DNA of 64,000 bases from an uncultured Spirochaetota bacterium (GTDB lineage Bacteria; Spirochaetota; Spirochaetia; SZUA-6; Fen-1364): assembly GCA_963768665.1 (NCBI GenBank), contig CAVYIU010000007.1, positions 391,308 through 455,307 on the forward strand. The letters are read 5' to 3'. The translations under genes were made by a program, and so were the position numbers. Under the pieces are notes generated by a model that saw nothing but the letters and a program-made list of their open reading frames with translations, was not told the DNA's origin and did no database searches. Numbering within the stretch: the first letter of the stretch is position 1; every line of letters starts with the position of its first letter. Shown here piece after piece: positions 27,029 through 35,105 of the stretch.

Positions 27029-28249
27029 TCAGCCCGCAACAGCGAGACCCGCGCAGTGTCCCGTGGACCAGGCCGCCTGGAGGTTGTACCCGCCGGTGTA
27101 GCCGTCGATGTCGAGGACCTCGCCGCAGAAATACAGCCCGGGCACGATCCGCGACTCCATGGTGCGGGGGTCCACCTCGTCCAGGGAAATGCCGCCTGCC
27201 GTCACCATCTCGGCGCCCGGCCGCGTGCCGGTGGCGTTCAGGGGAAGCTGGTCGAGGAGCGAGACCAGGGCGGTGCGGGAGGCGCGCGAGAGCTGGCCGA
27301 GGGGCGTGGACGGCTCCACGCCCGCCAGGCCGGGGAGCTCGGACGCCAGGGACCGGGGAACCAGCGCGCGGAGTGCCGACGCCGCCTGCAGGCGTGGCCT
27401 GTCCCGGGCAGCGGCGATGATTGCCGCGTCGATCGAACCACGGCCGAGGTCAGGCAGCACCTTGAGCACGAGGCGCAGCGGCGCCTCGCGTGAGAAGGGG
27501 AAGAAGGCGCACCGCGAGGAGATGCGGAAGGCGAGCGGGCCCGAGATGCCCGTGTGGGTGAACAGGAGGCTGCCCCTCTCGTCGGCGATCCGTCGCTTGC
27601 CGTCGAAAGCGAGGAGCCGGGCCGAGGGGAGCGTGAGCCCGGCGATCCGCGCCGGCCATGCCTCGGCGGTCACCAGGGCCGCAAGCGATGGCGCCAGCGG
27701 CGTGACGGTATGCCCCAGGGAGCGCGCCAGCGCGTAGCCGGCGCTCCCGCCGTCCTTCCAGTCGCCTCCGGTGGCGATGACCAGGCGATCGTACGGATCC
27801 CGAACCCCCGGGAGCTCGAACCCTCGCGGAGGCACCCGGCGCACCGTCGCCACGGGCGCCCGGGCCCGCATCGTCACGCCCAGGCGCCGGGCTTCCCCGG
27901 AGAGGACGTCACGAACGCTTTCCGCCCGTCCCGAGCGGGGAAAGACGCGGCCCTCTTCTTCCACGGTGAGCGGAAGGCCCCGCGAGGCGAACCATTCCAT
28001 GGTGTCCGACGATCCGAACCGCGAGAGAAGGGAGATGAGGAAGTGCCCGCCGCGCGGGTAGCACGCGGCAAAGGCGCGGCCGTCCTGCTCGGCGTTCGTG
28101 ACGTTGCACCGGCCGCCTCCCGTTCTCAGGAGCGTGGCGAGCGGGACCCCCGCGTCCCAGGTGTCGACGGCCACGCCGGGAGACGCGGAGGCGGTCAGGG
28201 CAGCCATCCCCCCCGCGGGGCCCGTGCCGATGACGGCAATGCGGCGCAT
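27029..28249 (-). CDS. NAD(P)/FAD-dependent oxidoreductase, HI0933/BaiN family
   Basis: IAVIGTGPAGGMAA dinucleotide-binding motif, GGGRCNVTN, and C-terminal GLYFCGEVLDIDGYTGGYNLQ. Confidence 0.88.
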   Translation of the reverse strand: MRRIAVIGTGPAGGMAALTASASPGVAVDTWDAGVPLATLLRTGGGRCNVTNAEQDGRAFAACYPRGGHFLISLLSRFGSSDTMEWFASRGLPLTVEEEGRVFPRSGRAESVRDVLSGEARRLGVTMRARAPVATVRRVPPRGFELPGVRDPYDRLVIATGGDWKDGGSAGYALARSLGHTVTPLAPSLAALVTAEAWPARIAGLTLPSARLLAFDGKRRIADERGSLLFTHTGISGPLAFRISSRCAFFPFSREAPLRLVLKVLPDLGRGSIDAAIIAAARDRPRLQAASALRALVPRSLASELPGLAGVEPSTPLGQLSRASRTALVSLLDQLPLNATGTRPGAEMVTAGGISLDEVDPRTMESRIVPGLYFCGEVLDIDGYTGGYNLQAAWSTGHCAGLAVAG

Positions 28250-28438
28250 GGCGCCATCCTACACTACTCCACGGATGTTTTGTGCCGGAGAAATCGCAAA
28301 ACCTCTTGCATTTGTCTTTTCGTTATAGTATGCATTGGACGTATCCGTGCTGGGGAGGGGAAGGTGAAGCCCGCCGCTCGTGTGCCGCTGACACCGGTCC
28401 TGTCCAGCCGAAGATGAGATAAAGGAGTTCCGACGAAA

Positions 28439-29740
28439 ATGGAAACCAAGGTGCTGAGCACTGAGGAGGCAGAACCTCCAGGTACAATGCCCGTAGTCAC
28501 GGACCTTGCCGAGCTGGCCGGGCATCCGGGCTACGATCCCGTCCTTCTCTTCGTATTCCCGTCCCGTCCGCCGCGCTTCCCCGCCCCCGCTGAAGTTTCC
28601 CGTCTCCCGTGCCTCCGAAGAGTTCCGCGCGCGTTTCTTCCCGCTGGCAACCTCCGCCGAGTGGTGTGACTGGCGCTGGCAGCTGCGCAACCGCGTGCGC
28701 TCCATCGAGGCACTGGAGAAGATCGTGCGGCTCACCGCGGACGAGCGCACGGCAATCGAGCGTCACTCCGGCTCTCTGCCGTTCGCCATCACGCCGTACT
28801 ACCTCAGCCTGCTGGACCCGGACACGCCGGACCAGCCATTACGGCGGACGATGATCCCGGCCACGGACGAGTACCTGCACACGGCCGGCGAAGCGGAGGA
28901 CCCGCTCTCGGAGGACAAGGACTCCCCGGTGCCGTGCATCGTGCACCGCTACCCCGACAGGGTCCTCTTCCTCGTGGCCAACTCCTGCGCGTCCAACTGC
29001 CGCTACTGCACCCGCTCGCGCATGGTGGAGAACCCGGACAACAACAGCATCTTCTTCCAGGCGCAGTGGGAAGAAGCCATCGCGTACATCGACGCGCACA
29101 CGGAGGTCCGCGACGTCCTCCTCTCCGGCGGTGATCCCCTCACCCTGTCGGACGAGAAGCTGGACTGGCTTCTCTCCCGGTCTGCACCGGATCCCCCACG
29201 TCGAGTTCATCCGCATCGGGACGAAGGTCCCGGTGGTCATGCCGCAGCGCATCACCGTGTCGCTGACGCGCGTGCTGCGCCGCTACCACCCGCTGTGGAT
29301 GAGCATCCACTTCACGCACCCCGACGAGCTCACGCCGGAAACCGTGGAGGCCTGCGCCCGGCTTGCAGACGCAGGGATCCCGCTGGGGAGCCAGACGGTG
29401 CTCCTCTCCGGGCATCAACGACACGGTGCAGACCATGACGAAGCTGATGCACGGCCTCCTGAAGGCCCGCGTGAAGCCGTACTACCTCTACCAGTGTGAC
29501 CCCATCGTCGGGTCATCCCACTTCCGCACGCCGGTGCGCAAGGGGCTGGACATCATCCAGGGGCTCCGCGGCCACACGTCCGGCTACGCGGTACCCTCCT
29601 ACGTCATCGACGCCCCTGCCGGGGGCGGCAAGATCCCGCTCCTGCCGGAGTACGTCGTGGGACGCGACGGTGATGACCTCGTCCTGCGCAACTACCAGGG
29701 GCTGCACTTCCGTTATCCCGATCCGCAGAAGAGCCCTTGA
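28439..29740 (+). pseudogene. kamA: lysine 2,3-aminomutase (KamA/AblA family), broken by at least two frameshifts
   Basis: WCDWRWQLRNR, AITPYYLSL, HRYPDRVLFLVANSCASNCRYCTRS and LLSGGDP are in frame 0. LHRIPHVEFIRIGTKVPVVMPQRIT...GSQTVLL is in frame +1. GINDTVQTM...YYLYQCD...GGGK is in frame +2. The shifts lie at about 29178-29183 and 29407-29413, each one extra base. The best RBS and start (AAAGGAG...ATG 28439) is in yet another frame, which suggests a third shift near the C-runs at 28575-28590. Confidence 0.85.
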
Positions 29741-29752
29741 TGAACAGACCAT

Positions 29753-29785
29753 GCGCCGCGGCAGGCATCGCCGCGGCGCTTTTTT
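29753..29785 (+). terminator. Rho-independent terminator after kamA
   Basis: GCGCCGCGGC-aggcatc-GCCGCGGCGC is a perfect 10-bp stem, followed by TTTTTT. It starts 13 nt after the kamA stop. Confidence 0.8.
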
Positions 29786-29789
29786 CCGA

Positions 29790-30803
29790 ATGACAATCGC
29801 CATCCTGTATCCCCGCGTCGACCCGCTGGCGCCCGCCGACGAGCAGGACATCATGGTGCAGGTCGCCGCCGTGCGGGACTCCCTGGCGGCCCTGGGCCAT
29901 GACACGGTCGACATCCCCGTCACCCTGGACCTGGAGGCGGTATCCCGCGCGCTCGCGGCGGCGGCGCCTGCCGCCGCGTTCAACCTCGTGGAGACCATCG
30001 ACGGGAAGGGTAGCCTCATTCACCTCGTGCCCATGCTTCTCTCGAGCAGGGGGATTCCCTTCACGGGCGCCCCGTGCGAGGCGATCGTGCTCACCTCGCA
30101 CAAGCTCCTTGCCAAGAAGATCTTCGCCGCCGAGGGCATTGCCACGCCGCGCTGGGCCACGGCCGCTGACGCGCTCGCGGGAGGGCTTCCCATGCCTCCC
30201 GCGTGGATCGTGAAGTCCGTCTGGGAGCACGCCTCCATCGGGCTCGAAGACAGCGCCGTGGTGCGCACGCAGGCGGAGCTGGCGGCCGAGCTGGCGCGCC
30301 GCACGAAGCGGGAAGCCATGGAGCAGCTGTTCGTGGAGGAGTTCATCGACGGGAGAGAGTTCAACCTCGCCCTGGTGGCGGCCGAGACGCCCGGCGCGGC
30401 CGAGCCGGAGAGCCTGCCTCCCGCCGAGATACAGTTCGTCGACTATCCCGGGGACAAGCCGCGCATGGTCGGCTACCGGGCGAAGTGGGCCGAAGGTTCC
30501 TTCGAGTTCACGCGAACGCCGCGCCGCTTCGACTTCCCGCCTGTCGACACGCCGCTCCTCGGGGAGCTCGTGCGCACGAGCAGGGAATGCTGGCGCGTGT
30601 TCTCCCTGCGCGGGTACGCGCGCGTGGACTTCCGGGTCGACGCGGAGGGGCGCCCCTGGGTGCTCGAGATCAACACGAATCCCTGCCTCGCGCCGGACGC
30701 CGGCTTCATGGCGGCCGCGGAGAGGGCAGGACTCACGATACGGGACGTCGTTCGGAGGATCACCGCGGACGCGGCGCTCGCAAAGGCCGCCTGCAGGGAC
30801 TGA
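29790..30803 (+). CDS. ATP-grasp ligase (D-alanine--D-alanine ligase-like)
   Basis: 337 aa from ATG 29790 (MTIAILYPRV...). Shows SHKLLAKKIFAAEGIATPRW, WIVKSVWEHASIGL, FVEEFIDGREFN and GYARVDFRVDAEGRPWVLEINTNP. The alternative ATG 29751 lies inside the terminator stem. Confidence 0.85.
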   Translation: MTIAILYPRVDPLAPADEQDIMVQVAAVRDSLAALGHDTVDIPVTLDLEAVSRALAAAAPAAAFNLVETIDGKGSLIHLVPMLLSSRGIPFTGAPCEAIVLTSHKLLAKKIFAAEGIATPRWATAADALAGGLPMPPAWIVKSVWEHASIGLEDSAVVRTQAELAAELARRTKREAMEQLFVEEFIDGREFNLALVAAETPGAAEPESLPPAEIQFVDYPGDKPRMVGYRAKWAEGSFEFTRTPRRFDFPPVDTPLLGELVRTSRECWRVFSLRGYARVDFRVDAEGRPWVLEINTNPCLAPDAGFMAAAERAGLTIRDVVRRITADAALAKAACRD

Positions 30804-30822
30804 GTCGAGAGGAGTGTTCTGA

Positions 30823-31329
30823 ATGAGTGTCGTCAGGGTCGGGTTCCGCACCACTGTCACCGAGAAGGACCTCGAGACGGTCCGGGCCATCACCGAGTCG
30901 ACCGGCTTCTTCTACAAGGAAGAGATCGACACGGCGGTGGAGCTCGTCGAGGACCGTCTCCTGAAGGGCCCGCGGTGCGGGTACCATTTTCTCTTCGCCG
31001 AGCAGGACGGGCGGACCGTCGGCTACACGAGCTACGGGCCCGTCGCCTGCACGCGCGAGAGCTACGACCTGTACTGGATCTGCGTGGCCGGCGACTACCG
31101 CGGCAAGGGGCTGGGGACCCAGCTCCTCGAGCAGAGCGAAGAGGGGATCGCCGCGCTGGGCGGCACCCGCGTCTACATCGAGACCTCGGGGCGGCCGTTC
31201 TACGAGCCGACCCGTGCGTTCTACATGGCGCGCGGATACACGCCGGTCGCGGAGCTGGAGGATTTCTACGCCCCCGGTGACTCGAAGGTCATGTACCTGA
31301 AGGTGCTGCCCCGCGTTTCCGGCTCATGA
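30823..31329 (+). CDS. GNAT family N-acetyltransferase
   Basis: 168 aa with WICVAGDYRGKGLGTQLLEQSE and ARGYTPVAELEDFY. GAGAGGAG RBS. Confidence 0.85.
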   Translation: MSVVRVGFRTTVTEKDLETVRAITESTGFFYKEEIDTAVELVEDRLLKGPRCGYHFLFAEQDGRTVGYTSYGPVACTRESYDLYWICVAGDYRGKGLGTQLLEQSEEGIAALGGTRVYIETSGRPFYEPTRAFYMARGYTPVAELEDFYAPGDSKVMYLKVLPRVSGS

Positions 31330-31865
31330 GCCCGGAGCCTTCCGCGCGGCGCGCGCTTCCCGGGCTCCTCGCGGGCCTGGTCCTTCTCGACCTGCTCATG
31401 AACCTGCCCGGCCTTCTGCCAGCGCCTGCTGTCGGGTCGCTCCTCGTTCCTTCCATAGACCTGCTGGTGATCGTGGCGGCATGCATCGGCATCGCCCAGG
31501 CCGGGGAGGCCTCCCGGGTTCCCCTGCGCATCGCGGCCGCCGTGCTGGCGGTGCTTCTCGTCGCGTGGAAGACGGGAACACGAAGCGGATGGCTCGATCT
31601 TCCGTGGCGGCTGTTCGGTGACGGCTCGGTGCCCCTCGCCGCGGCGGGATGCGTCGTGTCACTGGCGGCGCTGGCTGCGGCCGGGTTTGCCGTGTTCCTG
31701 CTGACCGGCCTGCTCGTCCGGGCGTTCGTCACCGGCGTTGCGCGGAGCGCTGCAGTCCTGGTGATCGCGGCGGCGGCGGTCGTGCAGGTGCTCCTGGGAA
31801 AGACCGTGTTCGCGCCGAGCATCGTCCCGCGGATCATCCGCGACATCGGGAGCTGGCTGCGATAG
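31326..31865 (+). CDS. hypothetical polytopic membrane protein
   Basis: 179 aa with 4-5 TM helices. Its ATG overlaps the GNAT stop (ATGA). Confidence 0.55.
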   Translation: MSPEPSARRALPGLLAGLVLLDLLMNLPGLLPAPAVGSLLVPSIDLLVIVAACIGIAQAGEASRVPLRIAAAVLAVLLVAWKTGTRSGWLDLPWRLFGDGSVPLAAAGCVVSLAALAAAGFAVFLLTGLLVRAFVTGVARSAAVLVIAAAAVVQVLLGKTVFAPSIVPRIIRDIGSWLR

Positions 31866-31892
31866 CCCCAGCGGCCCGGAGGGCCGCTGGGG
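31866..31892. terminator. bidirectional terminator hairpin between convergent genes
   Basis: CCCCAGCGGCCC-gga-GGGCCGCTGGGG is a perfect 12-bp stem. It begins 1 nt after the plus-strand stop and ends 2 nt before the minus-strand stop. No U-tract. Confidence 0.55.
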
Positions 31893-31893
31893 T

Positions 31894-32043
31894 TCACGAC
31901 CGTTCGCAGGAAGGGAGGCGGCCCTTCCGCGCGTGGTGCGCCCGGCAGGGGTCGCACTTTCCATGCCGTTCGCAGTCCTGCTTCGGGCAGGGGCAGTCTG
32001 CCCGGAAGACGCCTTCGCCCTCAGCGCCCGACTGTTCGCTCAC
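31894..32043 (-). CDS. small Cys-rich protein (49 aa)
   Basis: Own translation from GTG 32043: VSEQSGAEGEGVFRADCPCPKQDCERHGKCDPCRAHHARKGRLPSCERS*. The pattern CxC..C.RHGxCxxC..HH..LPxC resembles a small Cys-rich family I recall from Firmicutes, whose name I am unsure of. It lies 32 nt downstream of the transglutaminase-like gene on the same strand. Confidence 0.4.
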   Translation of the reverse strand: MSEQSGAEGEGVFRADCPCPKQDCERHGKCDPCRAHHARKGRLPSCERS

Positions 32044-32075
32044 AGTTCGATCCGCTCTCTCGCGATCCCGGCGGC

Positions 32076-32732
32076 TCACGCGCTCACCCCTGACAGCATG
32101 GCATTCCAGTCCCTGCGGACGTTCTCCGCGGCGGACAGGAGGTGCAGGATGGGCACGAGCGCGCGCGGCACGACCATCACCCGGGAAAGGGGAGTGAAAT
32201 GGTTCACGCCCGGGGAGTTCGACACGCGGCCCGGGCACACGTCGTACGTGCGGCCGTCGACACTGACGCGGAGCCACATGTGGCCCGAGACGCCGGCCGG
32301 CTCGCGAGCGCCGTGGACCAGGCCTCCGGGATGGGAAACCCGAAACGCCTGCACGGGTCGGCTCTCCACTCCGAGGGCGTCGTAGATCATCCGGAGCGCC
32401 ATCGCCTGCTGGATGCAGTAGCCCATCCCGCGCTGGAAAGCCCTGCTCCACCCGTCCCACGGGTTCCGGCGCGAGTAGGCAAACTTGCGGGCACAGAGCT
32501 GCTGCGCGAAGCCGACAAGGGCAAGCCCGCTGAGTCCGGAAGCGCGGCAGGCGCGGACGGCATCCTCGATGGTGGTGACACCGTCCACGGTGGTGGTTCC
32601 CGGATGCGGGAGGAGCTTCATGGAGCGCAGCGTGAGGGGAAGGAAGACGAGCAGGAACACGATGGTGCCCGCCGCGACGAGAGCCCCGGCGCCCGCAATA
32701 CCGACGGCCACCCACAGGATGACAGCTCTCAC
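32076..32732 (-). CDS. membrane-anchored transglutaminase-like (papain-fold Cys/His) protein
   Basis: N-terminal TM helix. GMGYCIQQAMAL is the candidate catalytic Cys, and GHMWLRVSVDGRTYDVC provides the His and Asp. Its start overlaps the marR stop. Confidence 0.65.
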   Translation of the reverse strand: MRAVILWVAVGIAGAGALVAAGTIVFLLVFLPLTLRSMKLLPHPGTTTVDGVTTIEDAVRACRASGLSGLALVGFAQQLCARKFAYSRRNPWDGWSRAFQRGMGYCIQQAMALRMIYDALGVESRPVQAFRVSHPGGLVHGAREPAGVSGHMWLRVSVDGRTYDVCPGRVSNSPGVNHFTPLSRVMVVPRALVPILHLLSAAENVRRDWNAMLSGVSA

Positions 32733-33181
32733 CGGGGCCTCCTTTCCTCCTCCGTGAGGCGCCCGTAGAGCCTCTCCATGAGCGGAAGCGCCCCGGCTAT
32801 CTCTTTCCTGGGAAACGCCGCCACCAGGGGCCGGTACAACCCCTCGATGACCGTGAGCGCCTCCCGCAGCGCACGGTTTCCATCGGCCGTCAACACGATC
32901 CGCCGCACGCGCCCATCCTGCGGATCCCGGTTTCTCGTGATGAACCCCTTGGCCTGCAGGGAGTTGCAGACGACCATGACCGTATTCACGTCAGTCTCCA
33001 GCCTTTCCGCGATGGCCCTCTGGGTCGGCCCCTTCGCCTCGGCCGCGGCGGTGAGCACACCGAACTGCGGGTAGGTCAGCCCTGCTGGCGCCACGGCCCG
33101 CTCGGTGATGCGGCGGATGCGCGTCTCTATTCCCGCGGCATACCCGATCAGCCTCGTCACGGGCTCCTTGTCGAAGATCAT
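32729..33181 (-). CDS. MarR family transcriptional regulator
   Basis: 150 aa from ATG 33181 (MIFDKEPV...). The winged-helix region is LTYPQFGVLTAAAEAKGPTQRAIAERLETDVNTVMVVCNSLQAKGFITR..DPQDGRVRRIVLT. Confidence 0.88.
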   Translation of the reverse strand: MIFDKEPVTRLIGYAAGIETRIRRITERAVAPAGLTYPQFGVLTAAAEAKGPTQRAIAERLETDVNTVMVVCNSLQAKGFITRNRDPQDGRVRRIVLTADGNRALREALTVIEGLYRPLVAAFPRKEIAGALPLMERLYGRLTEEERRPR

Positions 33182-33193
33182 GGCAAAGATTCT

Positions 33194-33207
33194 ATCACAA
33201 TTGTGAT
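33194..33207. promoter_or_regulatory. perfect 14-bp palindrome, candidate MarR operator
   Basis: ATCACAATTGTGAT, located 13 nt upstream of the marR ATG. Confidence 0.45.
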
Positions 33208-33253
33208 TATATGTCACCGGGTGGCGCGACATTCCGACACGCAGTCCAGACCC

Positions 33254-33283
33254 TTGACAGAAGTAATACTATAGTACTATAAA
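33254..33283 (+). promoter_or_regulatory. promoter with an embedded palindromic operator for the RHH-MNT/HEPN pair
   Basis: TTGACA (33254-33259), an 18-nt spacer, then TATAAA (33278-33283). The spacer contains the perfect 10-bp palindrome TACTATAGTA (33267-33276). ATG 33290 lies only 6 nt after the -10 element, so a leaderless or near-leaderless mRNA is predicted. Confidence 0.5.
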
Positions 33284-33289
33284 AACGAA

Positions 33290-33874
33290 ATGAACGGATT
33301 GTCTGGAAAGTTTGTCGTCAGGCTTCCTCCGAAACTGCACGCCTCGCTGAAGCGCCTGGCAGTAGAGAAAGGCGTCTCTCTGAATGGCTTGTGTCTTTCT
33401 GCCCTCGAGAGCTGCGTCGGGTCAAGCAACCAGGCGACTCGCGTGGAGGGGCCTGTCCCCATCGAGCAGGTGCGGAGCCTTCTTGGCGAGCTCCTCCTGG
33501 GAGTCCTGCTTTTCGGGTCGGCTGCCCGAGGGGAGCAGCGCTCAGGCTCGGACGTGGACCTGATGATCGTTGTCAGCGATGACCTCCCGCTGACGCGCTC
33601 CCTGTACACGCGATGGGACCAGGGCATCGAAGGGGCTGCAACGTCTCCCGTCAGCCCTCATTTCGTCCATCTCGCCGCTGACGAGAAAGTGGCGGGCTCT
33701 CTCTGGTACGAGGCTGCCGTGGATGGGGTCATTCTCCATGATCGCGACGGCCGCGTGGGGCGGCTGCTGAGGCTGCTCCGAAGGGCGATGGCGGATGGGA
33801 AGCTGCAGAGAAAGTCGGCGCATGGTCATCCCTACTGGATCAGGCGGGACCGGGAGGTGGCACGTGTACAATGA
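33290..33874 (+). CDS. ribbon-helix-helix (HicB/Arc-like) domain fused to a minimal nucleotidyltransferase (MNT)
   Basis: The N-terminus FVVRLPPKLHASLKRLAVEKGVSLNGLCLSAL is RHH-like. It is followed by LLFGSAARGEQRSGSDVDLMIV, the GS...DxD nucleotidyltransferase motif. Confidence 0.78.
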   Translation: MNGLSGKFVVRLPPKLHASLKRLAVEKGVSLNGLCLSALESCVGSSNQATRVEGPVPIEQVRSLLGELLLGVLLFGSAARGEQRSGSDVDLMIVVSDDLPLTRSLYTRWDQGIEGAATSPVSPHFVHLAADEKVAGSLWYEAAVDGVILHDRDGRVGRLLRLLRRAMADGKLQRKSAHGHPYWIRRDREVARVQ

Positions 33875-34285
33875 CGACCTGGCAAAGGACTACGTCAGGC
33901 GGGCCGGAGCCGGTTGCGGGCGATTGAGGTCCTGGTGGAGGAACGCAGCTGGGCTGACGTGGTCAGGGAATCGCAGGAAGCAGTGGAGATCACCCTCAAG
34001 GGGCTCCTGCGCGCGTGCCGCATAGAAGTTCCCCGGGTGCACGACGTGAGCCCGGTCCTGCTCGACAACCGCGAGCTTCTGCCCCGTGACCTGGACGCGC
34101 GGCTGGAAGAGCTCGTGAAAATCTCGCGTTCCCTGCGACGCGACAGGGAGCTCGCGTTCTACGGGAGCGAGGACCTCACGCCGTCCGAGTTCTACAAGGA
34201 GGAAGATGCGGCCGCGGCGTTCGCGCAGGCAAAGACCCTGCATTCTGCCGTAAAGAAAGCCATGAACGATGCGGGGATGGCGTAG
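33864..34285 (+). pseudogene. HEPN domain protein, partner of the MNT, with one frameshift near its 5' end
   Basis: GGAGG-6 nt-GTG 33864 gives MYNDDLAKDYVRRAG. The text continues in the -1 frame as SRLRAIEVLVEERSWADVVRESQEAVEITLKGLL...SLRRDRELAFYG. One base appears to be missing within 33903-33914. Confidence 0.68.
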
Positions 34286-34563
34286 CGGGGGACGGGAAGG
34301 CCAGGAAAAAGGGAAGGGGATGCGAAAGGCGCCAGGGAGGTTGCTCTCCTCGAGAGACCTTCACCTCCATTGGGAGGTTCCTGCGATTCGCGATCCCCTT
34401 CAGCGATGAATCTGCTTCATCGCCGGCAGTATAAACCCTGCGCACCGACAACGCAACCAAAATCGGACGGCGCGGGCAGGAGAGCGTTGATTGCAGCCGC
34501 TGGATTGGATACTTTGCCGATCATGCGCAATTCCCTGTCTCTGAAAGACTTCCGGGGCTCCCG

Positions 34564-35073
34564 GTGAGTGCCCGGCGGCTTGACCAGGTCGACTGGCCCC
34601 GGTGGGTCCCCACGGAGAAGGCCACGCTGCTCTTCGTGCGGGAGCCCGGGCGCGTCCTCCTCATCCACAAGAAGACGGGTCTCGGCGCCGGCAAGATCAA
34701 CGGGCCGGGAGGACGTATCGAGCCGGGGGAGACGGCGATGGCAGGGGCCATCCGCGAGGTCCAGGAGGAGCTCTGCGTGACGCCGACGGGCGTGCGTGAC
34801 GCGGGAGAGCTGTCCTTCCAGTTCGTGGACGGCTACGCGCTGCACGGCTTCGTGTTCACCGCGGCAGGGTTCGACGGCGAGCTCTGCGAGACGCGGGAGG
34901 CTGCCCCGCTGTGGACGCCCGTGGACCGCATACCGTACGAACGGATGTGGGCCGACGACGCCCTGTGGTTCCCGCTTCTCCTCGCGGGTCGACGCTTCCG
35001 CGGATTCTTCATCTTCGAGGGCGATACCATGCTGGACTCCCTGGTGGAGGAGAGCGGCGTCCGCTCCCTTTGA
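34564..35073 (+). CDS. NUDIX hydrolase (MutT/MTH1-like)
   Basis: Nudix box GPGGRIEPGETAMAGAIREVQEELCV. 169 aa, GTG start. Confidence 0.88.
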   Translation: MSARRLDQVDWPRWVPTEKATLLFVREPGRVLLIHKKTGLGAGKINGPGGRIEPGETAMAGAIREVQEELCVTPTGVRDAGELSFQFVDGYALHGFVFTAAGFDGELCETREAAPLWTPVDRIPYERMWADDALWFPLLLAGRRFRGFFIFEGDTMLDSLVEESGVRSL

Positions 35074-35105
35074 CAGCGTGAACGGCACGTGCATATCCTA
35101 GACGG

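Noticed and set aside
28439-29740. Programmed ribosomal frameshifting as an explanation for the split genes (kamA shown; the same applies to DUF58 and oppD)
   Set aside because: The shifts occur in many unrelated genes, in both directions, and at sites without a recognisable slippery heptamer plus downstream structure. Errors or mutations are far more parsimonious.
29751-29753. ATG 29751 as the ATP-grasp start, giving MRRGRHRRGAFFRMTIAIL
   Set aside because: The codon lies at the base of the terminator stem. The 13 extra residues are Arg-rich and unlike Ddl-type N-termini, so ATG 29790 is preferred.
34286-34563. 278-bp gap between the HEPN and Nudix genes as a possible ncRNA or riboswitch
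   Set aside because: It contains only short hairpins (for example GCGATGAA-tctgc-TTCATCGC) and a TATAAA box. Nothing matches an RNA family I know, and the evidence is too weak to call.
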